Shown: positions 46,106-55,397 of the stretch, in pieces | How positions within the stretch are numbered: position 1 is the stretch's first letter | How the letters are laid out: the number at the start of each line of letters is the position of its first letter | DNA from: a virus | Lineage: Duplodnaviria > Caudoviricetes | Length of the DNA: 55,848 nucleotides | Direction: 5' to 3' (one strand) | IMG/VR virus record: IMGVR_UViG_3300049020_000013 | Coordinates: 1 to 55,848 of that record | Made by a program: the position numbers and the translations under genes | Notes under the pieces: generated by a model | What the model was told of the DNA's origin: nothing | Database searches by the model: none | The model's input: only the letters and a program-made list of their open reading frames with translations

Positions 46106-46551
46106 GGCCGGTACTCCGCAGAATCGAACACGCCAATCTCCTGCTTTAGCCTCGCCAGCAACTCGAACTCGGTCCCGTACTTCGCCTCAAACCGGGCTTT
46201 GTAGGGATGGCGGCTAATCAGCCCTAACGCCGCGCCGTTCTGGTGATGGCCTGGGTCACACAAAGGCACAGTGAACAGATGCCCCAGCCTGCGCCCGGCC
46301 TCCACGATGTGATGCACAGCGGTTGGTCGTGGTTGGTGCCCGTCGAGCCGGCAGGCAATGCAGCCGTACTCCACGATGGATGCCATCCACTTGGCCTCAA
46401 TCGCCGTTGGCTTGCGCTTGCCGGGCTTGGCCTCGATGCCCTTCGGCACCACGACAGACTCATTCGCTGCCGGTGCATATACGCCTCTACAGCCGACGAT
46501 GGGCCGCACAGGTTGGCGAGGAGGGCGCACATAGGCACGCTTGAAGCTCAC
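46102..46551 (-). CDS. Ref-like HNH recombination-enhancement nuclease
   Basis: GCIAC...HHI...PLC..HH...FEAKYGTE. Confidence 0.75.
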   Translation of the reverse strand: MSFKRAYVRPPRQPVRPIVGCRGVYAPAANESVVVPKGIEAKPGKRKPTAIEAKWMASIVEYGCIACRLDGHQPRPTAVHHIVEAGRRLGHLFTVPLCDPGHHQNGAALGLISRHPYKARFEAKYGTEFELLARLKQEIGVFDSAEYRP

Positions 46552-47045
46552 TTGATTTCCAGCCGCACGCCGCGTGTGAGGTGTGCGCCCGGGACCTCGC
46601 GTCCGGCCCTTAGCGCTTCGCTGATTGCCTTCTTGTCCGGGGCGGCTGGCGGCAGCTCCGGCTGGCGCATGAACTCGGCCGGAATAAGTCCAGGTTCGTT
46701 GATCACGACGGCGGGCGGGTTCTGCTTTACCGATAGGGCGAAGTGCAGCCCCTCAATCTTCTGGATGCCAGCGTGCTGCATGCAGTCCAAGAGGTACTTC
46801 GTCACCCGCTCAGCGCGGGCCTCGTATGCCTTGCGGCGTGCGGCCATTGCGGCTTCGGCCTCCTTGATCGATGCGGCTAGCGCCTGCATGTTGCGGACGA
46901 CCATCGCAGTGTTCTTCGCCTTCACCTCCAGGTCGCCGGACATGCCTTCAAGGGTGTCGGCGATTACCTCATCCGGCAGATCAAGGTCTGCCAGCCGTTC
47001 GGCGGCGGCGCGGTACTCGTGGGAAAGCAGGTACAGGGCGGTCAT
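46548..47045 (-). CDS. Siphovirus Gp157-family protein
   Basis: LY...DTLE...K..N...NPPAV...PDKKAI...VPGAHL...L.IK. Confidence 0.85.
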   Translation of the reverse strand: MTALYLLSHEYRAAAERLADLDLPDEVIADTLEGMSGDLEVKAKNTAMVVRNMQALAASIKEAEAAMAARRKAYEARAERVTKYLLDCMQHAGIQKIEGLHFALSVKQNPPAVVINEPGLIPAEFMRQPELPPAAPDKKAISEALRAGREVPGAHLTRGVRLEIK

Positions 47046-47049
47046 GCGC

Positions 47050-47475
47050 TTACTCCGATGCGGCATGCGCCGCGCGGTGATGTGGGACACAAAGCCAGAC
47101 CACGGATAGCGGATTCGAATAGTCTGGGTGGTGGGCTTCTGGCGGTTTGCCGCACTCGGGCACGGCGCAAATTGGCCATGGCTTCAGTGCGCCTCGGCGT
47201 ACCGCATTCCCGAGTGCCACATGGGCCGCGCGACGCTCCGGGTTGGCTGCGCGCCATTCGGCCTGCACTCGCTTTGACAGCGCAATACGGTGTGGCATTG
47301 CGGCGCGCATCCTGTCGTACTGACGGACACGTTCCAGGTTCAGCTGCCGGTGCGCCGCCGCGTCGTCCTTTGTGCACTCCTTGCACTTGTTGAGATGGCC
47401 ATCGGCCATCCGCGCGTGCTTGTAGAACGAGCCAATCGGCTTAACACAGAGGCACTTGAAGCATCGCTTTTCCAT
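47050..47475 (-). CDS. HNH-like Zn-finger protein
   Basis: CFKC...CKEC...C..PEC...HHPDY..PL.V.WLC..HH. Confidence 0.7.
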   Translation of the reverse strand: MEKRCFKCLCVKPIGSFYKHARMADGHLNKCKECTKDDAAAHRQLNLERVRQYDRMRAAMPHRIALSKRVQAEWRAANPERRAAHVALGNAVRRGALKPWPICAVPECGKPPEAHHPDYSNPLSVVWLCVPHHRAAHAASE

Positions 47476-47490
47476 GGGCGCCTCCCTGGG

Positions 47491-48201
47491 TCAATAGTGG
47501 TATCGGCGCATCCGACGCTCGGTCGGCATCGCCATGTCATGGGCCATGGCGGACGAGATGAAAGGGATGTCGTCGTCCATGTCATCGAAGCCGCCGCCAG
47601 ATGCGGCGGGACGTGATGCGCCGCCAGCTGCGGCTCCGGTCTTACTCGGACGAAGTGGCCGGTCGCGCAGCGTGGCAACGATCTTTGCCAGCTGCTCCGG
47701 CTTTGCTTTACGGTCCAGGATCTCGGATGCCGTCAATTCGGTTGATGCCTGGAACACTCCGGCTAGCACCATGCGTTTGCCGATGGAGCCGTCGCCCTTC
47801 TCGTATTGCTCGGACTCCAGCAGCAGGCCGATGTCCTTGTTCATCAGGTCCACGAAGCACGGCGCTTCGCTGTCAACCTCGGCATTCGCCGCCTGGTCCC
47901 ACTTCTTGACCTTGCATGTCATCGGCTTGATGTCACGCAGGCCAAGGCAAGTCATCAGAGCCATGACAAAGCCGTGGCCGATGTTGATCCTGGACCCATC
48001 CTTCTTCGCTGTGTAGAGAGCAAAGCGTGTCTTCTGGCCGTCACGAGTGACGAACGAGAAGTCGATCCCTTTCGTCCCCTTGTCGGTCTCGATGTCTTCG
48101 GCCCGCAAGAGCTTGCCAACGTACTTGCCGGTTTCGTTGATGACCCCGCCTCGCTGGTCTGCCTTGCGCGCTTGGTTTGTGTCGAGTGAATAGCTGGACA
48201 T
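47491..48201 (-). CDS. Phage single-stranded DNA-binding protein
   Basis: Follows Sak4; Gly/Ala linker then FDDMDDDIPF. Confidence 0.7.
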   Translation of the reverse strand: MSSYSLDTNQARKADQRGGVINETGKYVGKLLRAEDIETDKGTKGIDFSFVTRDGQKTRFALYTAKKDGSRINIGHGFVMALMTCLGLRDIKPMTCKVKKWDQAANAEVDSEAPCFVDLMNKDIGLLLESEQYEKGDGSIGKRMVLAGVFQASTELTASEILDRKAKPEQLAKIVATLRDRPLRPSKTGAAAGGASRPAASGGGFDDMDDDIPFISSAMAHDMAMPTERRMRRYHY

Positions 48202-48222
48202 GTGTGTTCTCTGTTGGTGTGG

Positions 48223-48882
48223 TTAAGCGGCGGCCTGCATTGGCCGGATTTCGTAGAAATCGCAGATGGCCTCGTCCACTGCGCTCAAGTCGTTGGGGAT
48301 GAGTCGCTCAGCGAACATGCCAAGCGGTGACTTGGTCGTGTCATTGCCGTTGTTCTGCGTCGCAAAGAAGTAATCGCCGTCGCGCACTGAGGTGCGCAGA
48401 ACGATGGTCACCATGCCCTCGATGGTGATCTTGTCGTCGAGCATCTTCCCGATGGTCTTGATGCTGGTGTGCCCCTGCTCATTGGATTGCGTGTGAGCAA
48501 GGATGTAGACACGACGATGAGCAGCAAGATCGCCTGCGGCCATGAGAATGTTCCAGGCATTGCGGCCGATGTCGCTGAACTTGTCATAGCCCTTCTCTTG
48601 GCTACGGCGCATGAACTCATTCGCCATCACGTACTGGAAGTCATCGATAACGACGATGTCTTGCGGAGATTGGCGCAGGAGCTTCTCGATCAGATGAGCG
48701 TCATCTGTCTGGATGACGTTGCCTTCAGATTTCAGTGATGCCCGCGTCTTCCACCCCGCTGCCTTGAATGGCAGCGGCTTCTTGATGGCCTGAATGAGAA
48801 GGGTCTTGCTGGGGTCGAGAGTGCGAAGGCTGGTTGATTTGCCGGTCCCGCTTTCCCCAAGGATCAGTGTTACGACGTTCAT
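48223..48882 (-). CDS. Sak4-like AAA ATPase (recombinase)
   Basis: ILGESGTGKS, VVIDDFQY, GYDKF, KTIGKMLD, KSP.GMF...NDL. Confidence 0.85.
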   Translation of the reverse strand: MNVVTLILGESGTGKSTSLRTLDPSKTLLIQAIKKPLPFKAAGWKTRASLKSEGNVIQTDDAHLIEKLLRQSPQDIVVIDDFQYVMANEFMRRSQEKGYDKFSDIGRNAWNILMAAGDLAAHRRVYILAHTQSNEQGHTSIKTIGKMLDDKITIEGMVTIVLRTSVRDGDYFFATQNNGNDTTKSPLGMFAERLIPNDLSAVDEAICDFYEIRPMQAAA

Positions 48883-49201
48883 GCTGTTGGTCCTGTTCGT
48901 AAATTGCTTGCTGTTCGATTTCGTAGAAGAGCCGCTTCGCACCACTCATGCAAAGAGCCTCCAGGCGAGCGTGCGCACCTGATTCGCCACGCCACGGATA
49001 AGCGGGCGAGTCGGCCGATACGGTCCAACGATGTGGCCATAAGCGACCATGCGTACCAGCACCCGGTCAGTGAGCACGGCCTCGGCTTGTTGAGCAAGGC
49101 AGCCGTTCATACTGGCGCCCCACACACGACAGTCACCACAGCACCAGCGATGCCGACCAGTGCGATGAGGACTGTGTCCAGGCTGTTCCAGCGATAGGCA
49201 T

Positions 49202-49639
49202 TCATGCGCCGGCCCCCGGTAGTTGCAGCCCGAATGCTTTAGCGCACTCCATGGTGTAGCCCTCGATCTCGGCGCTGTATCTATCCCAGTTCTCGTCCCG
49301 TTCGATGCTGCAAAAATCCGCGATACGGTCGGAGAGCAGGCGAGCCACCTTCGCAAGCTGGGCGGGTGTCACCACCCCCCGTTGGTGTGTCACCGTCTCG
49401 TAGGGCGCACCGATCGAGCGGAGGATCGCTCCTGTCTTTGCCGGTGCAGCACGCCATGCCTGCCAGTCTGCATAGCCATCCGGGGCGCGACCGATGAACA
49501 CGCAGTTCCAAGACTCGTTTGCGCCGCTGTGGCTCGACGGCTCTTCTGGTTCATGAACGAAGCGCACCGGCGACGGGTTAAGGCAGCGGCGAGCGGGTAC
49601 GCATGCACTGCACAGCCTCGGGCATGGGTAGCAGCTCAT
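49202..49639 (-). CDS. Hypothetical protein
   Basis: ORF in the early-left operon. Confidence 0.45.
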   Translation of the reverse strand: MSCYPCPRLCSACVPARRCLNPSPVRFVHEPEEPSSHSGANESWNCVFIGRAPDGYADWQAWRAAPAKTGAILRSIGAPYETVTHQRGVVTPAQLAKVARLLSDRIADFCSIERDENWDRYSAEIEGYTMECAKAFGLQLPGAGA

Positions 49640-49751
49640 GACTGCACCTCTGTGTCTGCGAAATCACCGATGCGACGCGCCGACCATTCGCTCGCGCCGA
49701 TACCGATGAGCACCATGCACACGACCTGCGCGGCTGTGATGAGATGGGCAC

Positions 49752-50081
49752 TCATGCGGCACCTCCAGTAGCCTTGGCGTAGGCGGCACGAGCCCTGGCT
49801 TCTGCGGGCGTGTCGCCGGCTGGTGTGCCACGAAGCACACCGCACGCATCCATCAGCCCAGCCAGCGCCTGCAGCAGCTCAGGAGCGGCAGCGATCAGGC
49901 GGGCGTTGGCGACGACGGGGTAACCCACACATCCTTCGTCGTGCCAGCCCTTGTGTGCCGTGGCGAGTGGCTTGTCGCCGGCAACGCCGCCACCGTCCCG
50001 GTAGAGGTCGATCGGATTGCGTCGCCAGATATCCCCGCGACTGTCGGCATACCATGGCCCCGGTGTGTGCTGCGCGCTCAT
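49752..50081 (-). CDS. Hypothetical phage protein
   Basis: HTPGPW...ANARLIAAAPELL family motif. Confidence 0.75.
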   Translation of the reverse strand: MSAQHTPGPWYADSRGDIWRRNPIDLYRDGGGVAGDKPLATAHKGWHDEGCVGYPVVANARLIAAAPELLQALAGLMDACGVLRGTPAGDTPAEARARAAYAKATGGAA

Positions 50082-50394
50082 TGCAGAACCTCATCCGGCA
50101 GCGCGCGATAGCGCACGATGTCCGACACACCACCAAAGGCCATCCACAGCAGCGTGCAGGCCAGGGCCGTGCCGATCGCGCCATCGCGCTGCATGAACTC
50201 AACGACAGCAGCCGGTGGCACGGGGCAGCCACCTCCGTGCCATTCGGTCCAGCCGGGCGCGTCCAGGCGCTTGCGAAGCGCTTGCTCGGCAGCAGGCAGG
50301 CGAGGGCGGGGCAGGGTGACGCGGCCCAGGCGTGGCTCGTCGTCGGGAAGCTGGCCGTACAGCACGGCCGGGAAGCCAAGGAGGTGATCGCGCA

Positions 50395-50580
50395 TCATGT
50401 CGTTTGCTCCATGCGTTGAGGGGCGGGCGCCATCGCCTTTGCGACGACGCGCTGCATTGCCTCGATCAGCCGAGGCGGCAAGTACGAATTCGGGTCGCTG
50501 GGCGGCTCTGCTGACGTGCACTCGTGCAGTACGGTGTCGATGACGGAGAGCATCTCGGCCTCCAGCAGGGTCAGTTGCAT
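50395..50580 (-). CDS. Hypothetical protein
   Basis: Coupled small ORF. Confidence 0.5.
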   Translation of the reverse strand: MQLTLLEAEMLSVIDTVLHECTSAEPPSDPNSYLPPRLIEAMQRVVAKAMAPAPQRMEQTT

Positions 50581-50795
50581 GCCTGCTCCTTGGCGAAGTA
50601 GACGCAGTGGTCCGATAGCTCATCGCGCCGATTGATGTGCCCGCCATCCGGGGTCGGCCTGCGGAGCCAGTACATGGATGCGGGGAGTGGTGGCAGCTTC
50701 CACGGGTAGCCGCACGTCCCAACGCCGGAAGGGTGCAGGTTCCCCGCAGCGTTTCGCTTCCACTCGGCATGCTTGCAGCCGGTGCAGTTCTTCAT
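50571..50795 (-). CDS. Hypothetical Cys-rich protein
   Basis: CTGCKHA...GTC...C.YF. Confidence 0.6.
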   Translation of the reverse strand: MKNCTGCKHAEWKRNAAGNLHPSGVGTCGYPWKLPPLPASMYWLRRPTPDGGHINRRDELSDHCVYFAKEQACN

Positions 50796-50992
50796 GCCGC
50801 CTCCTTGGCGATCGGCTGCACGTTGTCCAGTGCGTGCTCCATGTCGGCGAGCGCCTCAAACACAGGCTCAAGGTCGAACTCGCGGTTGAAGGTGCCGATG
50901 CGGCCGTGCGCTGCGTTCAGCAACGCATTCAGATCGTCCAGCGTGCGCAGAGGAGCGCTGCGGATGGCTGACAGTGCTGCTTCGAGAGTCAT
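50792..50992 (-). CDS. Hypothetical protein
   Basis: Coupled small ORF. Confidence 0.55.
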   Translation of the reverse strand: MTLEAALSAIRSAPLRTLDDLNALLNAAHGRIGTFNREFDLEPVFEALADMEHALDNVQPIAKEAA

Positions 50993-51207
50993 GCCGGCAC
51001 CCGGTCGTAAAGAGAGGCCGCCTCAGTCGCCAGGAAGTCCTGGTGATAGCGCACGCCGTCATCGACATTGCGCGGCCGGGTGTAGTCGCAGCCTGGATAT
51101 GTCGCGCGGATGAGCTGGACAGCCACATCGGCGTTCTCAGCCGGCACTTCGATGCGCTTCGTGAGACTAGATGCGGGGGTGATCCACGCCTTGTAGATGG
51201 CGCTCAT
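50989..51207 (-). CDS. Hypothetical protein
   Basis: Coupled small ORF near PL. Confidence 0.55.
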   Translation of the reverse strand: MSAIYKAWITPASSLTKRIEVPAENADVAVQLIRATYPGCDYTRPRNVDDGVRYHQDFLATEAASLYDRVPA

Positions 51208-51376
51208 ACCAGCGCCTCCAACACGTCATCCATCGCTTCGCACTGCTCTGCCGTCACCTCGTCATCAAGGCGTACAGGCTCAAGAGGCTCAAGCGGGGCA
51301 GGTGCTAGGTAGTGCGCTAGAAGCTCGTCCATTCCCATCTCCTGTGCCCCAGCTGCGGGGCTTGTCGATGGGATGG

Positions 51377-51418
51377 AGTATAGGCATTGCCGATTGATAA
51401 CGCAATGGCATTGCCTAT
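51377..51418 (-). promoter_or_regulatory. PL promoter with two operators
   Basis: Minus strand TTGCGT-17-TATACT (51405-51377); operators ATAGGCATTGCCGAT (51380-51394) and AATGGCATTGCCTAT (51404-51418). Confidence 0.8.
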
Positions 51419-51527
51419 CTATCGATGCGTAGAGGAAACCCTAGATCTAGCACCTGTGCGATATGCCGCACACGGCGCTATCCCGGCTCACGTGTGAGGG
51501 TGCCCTGTGCATTTGTGCACTGCACGA

Positions 51528-51555
51528 TTGCCGTTGTGGTCGGAATCCGTAGAAT
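51528..51555 (+). promoter_or_regulatory. Sigma70-like promoter upstream of the structured RNA
   Basis: TTGCCG-16-TAGAAT. Confidence 0.5.
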
Positions 51556-51573
51556 CCCCAATGCCACAGGCTA

Positions 51574-51942
51574 GCCCCTAAGGCACATTGCACGTCAAGA
51601 GCCCTCAAGCTCTGTCGTTCATGCCCGTCACCGGGCGCCGTGGGCTAGCACGGGAGCGACAGGCCTTGAGGGCTTTCCCGTTCCTGGTGGCCGCACTCCT
51701 GGCGTCACCAAGCGGGCTAGCTGTCCCGGCGAGGAAGGAAAGCAGTACGCGGTAGCTCTCCCGAGCAAGAGGCAACTACCTCTACAACCCGCGCGGCTGG
51801 CCGTAACCACACGCCGAGGGGAGACGGACGATCCGTCCCATGTGGTTTCCCGCAAGGGGGTGACACACGTCATCGAAGGCACCCACCACAACCCCATTAC
51901 GGGGAAGTGGGGGCCTTTCCGGTGACTTATGGCTTTAGGGGC
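51574..51942 (+). ncRNA. Putative ~370-nt structured non-coding RNA
   Basis: Ends pair (GCCCCTAAGGC / GCTTTAGGGGC); nested stems AGCCCTCAAG/CTTGAGGGCT and CTGTCGTTC/GAGCGACAG; several further hairpins; no credible ORF. Confidence 0.6.
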
Positions 51943-52245
51943 CTACTGCACCTGCATTGAGGACGGGCACGAGCCCGGGAACGCTCGCCAGAAGGTCTGC
52001 CCAGCGTAGTTGTACTCACAGCGCCAGACCGACATGCCGGTGACCGACTGGCCCATCTCTTGACGGCCGGTCCAATAGGCACTGGCGCCCTGCTGAATCT
52101 GCATTGCGGGCGGTGGTGGTGCTCCGCCGCTGACGGGGTATGGCATCGGCAGCGGTTGAAACGGCCGCCAACCCGGTGGAGGCTGCCAGCCGCTACAGCC
52201 TGCCAGCGCCAAACCCATAACGGCGGCCGCAATGATTCGCTTCAT
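51943..52245 (-). CDS. Lipoprotein in the immunity region
   Basis: MKRIIAAAVMGLALAGC lipobox; Pro-rich linker and a Cys pair. Confidence 0.75.
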   Translation of the reverse strand: MKRIIAAAVMGLALAGCSGWQPPPGWRPFQPLPMPYPVSGGAPPPPAMQIQQGASAYWTGRQEMGQSVTGMSVWRCEYNYAGQTFWRAFPGSCPSSMQVQ

Positions 52246-52410
52246 GTTGTCATCTCCCTGGTTGTGCGGTACACGAAAACTAGAGTCGCCCACCCATCCG
52301 CTTGAGGGGGTGGTGTGTGAAAAATACACGCAATGCCCGCGCGACTCGGGCGTTAAATGGACACAACACCAACAACAACCGGGCGAAACCTATATGCGAA
52401 GGGGACGGAA

Positions 52411-52863
52411 ATGCACAGTGGACCGGCTATATCCGGAGCGGTTGGTGCCGCGCGCCATGCTGGCGCAGTGATAGTTACCCCCACTGGGGCGCTGACCACA
52501 AAGGTATACGAATCGGCCCTGGAGCTGGTGAGCCTGGAGGCGGATCAGCGGCCGTTTAGCACGCTAGTCATCGATCTCACACGCACGGACCCGGCATGCG
52601 ACTGGGATGGCGGCACGCAGGCTTCGGGGAAGTTCTGCCGAGCGCATCACGTCCGCTGCGCCCTGGTTGTCCCGACGTGGATGCTGCTTCAGGCGCGAAG
52701 CGAATGCTTCCGACAAACGGCGGCATCCGGGCTCATTTGGGTCACGTTCCTTCGCCTTCCTGATGCCCTCGAATGGGCCGCGAGCTGGCGCGTTTCTCCT
52801 GGAGCGAATGCACTACCTCTGCAGTCCCGGTACGAACATCCATCACCGCAGTTTCTGCATTAG
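52411..52863 (+). CDS. SpoIIAA/STAS-like protein
   Basis: LVIDLT...RCALVV...F...DALEWA pattern. Confidence 0.45.
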   Translation: MHSGPAISGAVGAARHAGAVIVTPTGALTTKVYESALELVSLEADQRPFSTLVIDLTRTDPACDWDGGTQASGKFCRAHHVRCALVVPTWMLLQARSECFRQTAASGLIWVTFLRLPDALEWAASWRVSPGANALPLQSRYEHPSPQFLH

Positions 52864-53191
52864 CCACCGCCAACAGGCGTAAGTGGGGTGGCGTGGCCGC
52901 GATCATCTGCATCAGGTGGGCGATGCTGACAGCGAAGTCCTCGTTCGTGCCGGATGCTGGCGGGGCGGGGGTATCCCATGCGCTCGGGAGTCCCCAGTGC
53001 TCGGGGCCGGCGACATCCTTGAAATACGCCACTAGCGCGGGGATGTGCTGCTTTCCGATGCGCCCGAACTTGATCCACTCTGATACGGACGGCTGCGTGA
53101 TGCCGAAGGCCTTCGCGACGTCTTTTTGAGTCACGCCTTTCTTCGCCATTGCCCCTTTGAGGGCGGCGCCTAGTTCCGGCCCGGTATGCAT
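52742..53191 (-). CDS. cI: CI-like repressor (XRE HTH, no S24 peptidase domain)
   Basis: GVTQKDVAKAFGITQPSVSEW; divergent from cro across the operators. Confidence 0.8.
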   Translation of the reverse strand: MHTGPELGAALKGAMAKKGVTQKDVAKAFGITQPSVSEWIKFGRIGKQHIPALVAYFKDVAGPEHWGLPSAWDTPAPPASGTNEDFAVSIAHLMQMIAATPPHLRLLAVANAETAVMDVRTGTAEVVHSLQEKRASSRPIRGHQEGEGT

Positions 53192-53203
53192 ACCTAGATT
53201 GCA

Positions 53204-53261
53204 ACAGGCACTGCCTGTAATAGGCAATGCGCTTGCGGTGCGCATCGGCAATGCCTATACT
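53204..53261 (+). promoter_or_regulatory. OR operators and PR promoter
   Basis: ACAGGCACTGCCTGT (53204), ATAGGCAATGCGCTT (53220), ATCGGCAATGCCTAT (53244); TTGCGG-17-TATACT (53233-53261). Confidence 0.8.
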
Positions 53262-53268
53262 TCGGCAC

Positions 53269-53520
53269 ATGAATGCAATCGAGCGAGCCATCAAATGCTT
53301 CGGCAGCCAGGCGGCTATGGCATCTGCCCTCGGAGTGACGCAACCAACCATCAGCGAGTGGCTTAGAGGCGAGCGCAAGGTGCCCACGAAGCGGTGCCCG
53401 GTCATCGAGCGTGAGACCCGAGCCCGTGGCGTTGTCATCCTCTGCGAGGAGCTGCGCCCGGATGTCGCGTGGAGTGTGTTGCGCGCCCCTGCCGAGCCAG
53501 AAACCAAGGCAGCCGCCTAG
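53269..53520 (+). CDS. cro: Cro/YdaS-like regulator
   Basis: GSQAAMASALGVTQPTISEW...CPVIERET...EELRPDV.W. Confidence 0.85.
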   Translation: MNAIERAIKCFGSQAAMASALGVTQPTISEWLRGERKVPTKRCPVIERETRARGVVILCEELRPDVAWSVLRAPAEPETKAAA

Positions 53521-54309
53521 CAGCCCATGCGTAGCTTCATCCTGTTCGTACTCGGGTGGCAGGTGACGAGATTCCTCTGCTGTCTCTATGAGCTGAGCCG
53601 CGGAGCAAAGGTTGAGCGTGATGGCTTCGACCTCGCATTCGCGTGCTTCATGGCTGCCCTCACATGCGCCTGGGCGCTGCTCGTTCTGAGGTAGCCCATG
53701 CGCACCGCTATGACTGCCGCAAAGACCGTGCCGTGCGCGATCGTCTTCTCCGCGCTGCTCCTCGTGTGGGCGTTGGCCTACATGCTGGAAGGCGGCCTGG
53801 ATCGCGCGTTGGTGTGGCTGGTCAACCGCTGGCCCGAGTGCTGACGCATGGGCCCTCATCGCTTGCACTCCAGCTGCATGAGCAGGTCCGCGTGCAGCGC
53901 ATCGATCGCGCGCCGGAACACCTCCCGCGCAAACGAGTTTCCCGCCACCACCACTCCTGTGCCTACCTCCCCGGTGGCGGGCTTCTTCGCTCCGGCGCCA
54001 GTACGGGCCGGAGCGTTCTTTCGCGGTGCTGGTTTGTTGGTGCTCATTCGCGTCCTCAATTCATCTCAGTGTTGCAGTGCGTCATTGCGGCATAGGGAGC
54101 AATTCATCCGGGGTGGAGTAGTCAATTCCTCCTCCGTCATCAATCGACGCCTGTGTGCAGCGTCCAGCCCTAAGCCCCCGGCCGAGGGGGGCATCCCGAC
54201 AGTCGGGGGTAGATGGGTTCGGGCGCTGCACAGAGGTGTTTGTTTTTTGAGCGTCTCGCATAGCCCTCAGTTTTCGCCCGCGCCAACGGCGGACGCAACG
54301 GAGGATTCA

Positions 54310-54687
54310 ATGAACTCTTCCTATGGATGCCCCCGTATGGAGACCACGTCACTGCCGCTGATCGGCGTGATTGAGCCGCCGCGAGCCGTGCCCACGGCCG
54401 CGGTCCTTGCCTGTAAGACCTATCGCGAAGCTGTGCGCGCGTGCTGGATGCGCCGCCGCGTGCACTACATGACGCAGCGTCAGTTGGCGATCTACGCCGG
54501 CCTGCGCCCGCAGCTCATCAGCGACTACCTGAACCCAGACGACACGCCGCAGCGGCGCGACTTGCCCGCGGAATGCATTGCCGCGTTCGAGACCGTGTGC
54601 GGCAACTCACTCGTAAGCCAGTGGGTCGCCGCGCAATCCAAGCTGACCGTGCTCGAAGAGATGCAAGCAACGAGGGCGGCGGCATGA
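54310..54687 (+). CDS. CII-like / XRE DNA-binding protein
   Basis: MTQRQLAIYAGLRPQLISDYLN...FETVCGN...QW; lies between cro and the initiator. Confidence 0.65.
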   Translation: MNSSYGCPRMETTSLPLIGVIEPPRAVPTAAVLACKTYREAVRACWMRRRVHYMTQRQLAIYAGLRPQLISDYLNPDDTPQRRDLPAECIAAFETVCGNSLVSQWVAAQSKLTVLEEMQATRAAA

Positions 54688-55124
54688 ACCAACTGAGCAT
54701 CTGGAGTCATCGCATGACGTACGTGAACCACAAGGGCGAGCCCATCAACCCGGCCGCACTGGCGCACAAGTACGCCAAGCCCAAGGTCATGCGCGACTCA
54801 CCGCTCAAGCGCACTGATGACCGCGGCGTAGCGAAGGTGTCCGATGGCTTTCTCGTCACTGGATTCAGCCCAGAGCAGCTGGAGCACGCGCGCAAGAGCC
54901 ACGAGACCGACATCGAGCTTGCCAACGCGCACAACGCCCAGAACCCCACCAAGCCGGTAGATGTGCCTCCACCATGGGACGAGGACGCCTACATGCGCAA
55001 AGCCAAGCCCAAGCGCCTGCGCTCGAAGCCGTATGCCATCGCGTCGGCCGCTGACCAGTGCGCAGAGCTGGCGCGCAAGGCCGGCTGGAAGAACGTTCGG
55101 GTTGAGGAGGTCATGAAGGCATGA
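54684..55124 (+). CDS. Hypothetical protein
   Basis: ATGA-coupled ORF. Confidence 0.6.
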   Translation: MNQLSIWSHRMTYVNHKGEPINPAALAHKYAKPKVMRDSPLKRTDDRGVAKVSDGFLVTGFSPEQLEHARKSHETDIELANAHNAQNPTKPVDVPPPWDEDAYMRKAKPKRLRSKPYAIASAADQCAELARKAGWKNVRVEEVMKA

Positions 55125-55378
55125 GCAACTCCGCTTCCGAGTTCGTCTGCCGCGCTGTGCTCGCTCAATCCACGAGCGTCTCAAAGCTCCGCGCCAAGTT
55201 GGCGGCTGCTGAAAAGCGCGTATGGGATGCCCAGCACATCGGCTGGGATCTGCTGGCTCAGAGCTGGCAGCGTGATGTCGAGGCCATCAAGGCGCGACTG
55301 GACGAGCTCGGAGCGGGGCAGTGGCGCAGGCGCCGTCGTGTTGTCGCAGCACCTGTGGCCGAGGAGGCAGTGTGCTGA
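55121..55378 (+). CDS. Hypothetical protein
   Basis: ATGA-coupled ORF. Confidence 0.55.
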   Translation: MSNSASEFVCRAVLAQSTSVSKLRAKLAAAEKRVWDAQHIGWDLLAQSWQRDVEAIKARLDELGAGQWRRRRRVVAAPVAEEAVC

Positions 55379-55397
55379 CAAAAGGGCAGGGGGCCTG

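Noticed and set aside
51720-51750. SRP RNA or RNase P RNA resemblance (GAGGAAGGAAAGCAG)
   Set aside because: The conserved flanking pairings of those RNAs are absent; it is treated as part of the unassigned ncRNA
54165-54215. GC-rich hairpins upstream of the cII-like gene
   Set aside because: Short stems expected at this GC content, with no U-tract or family signature
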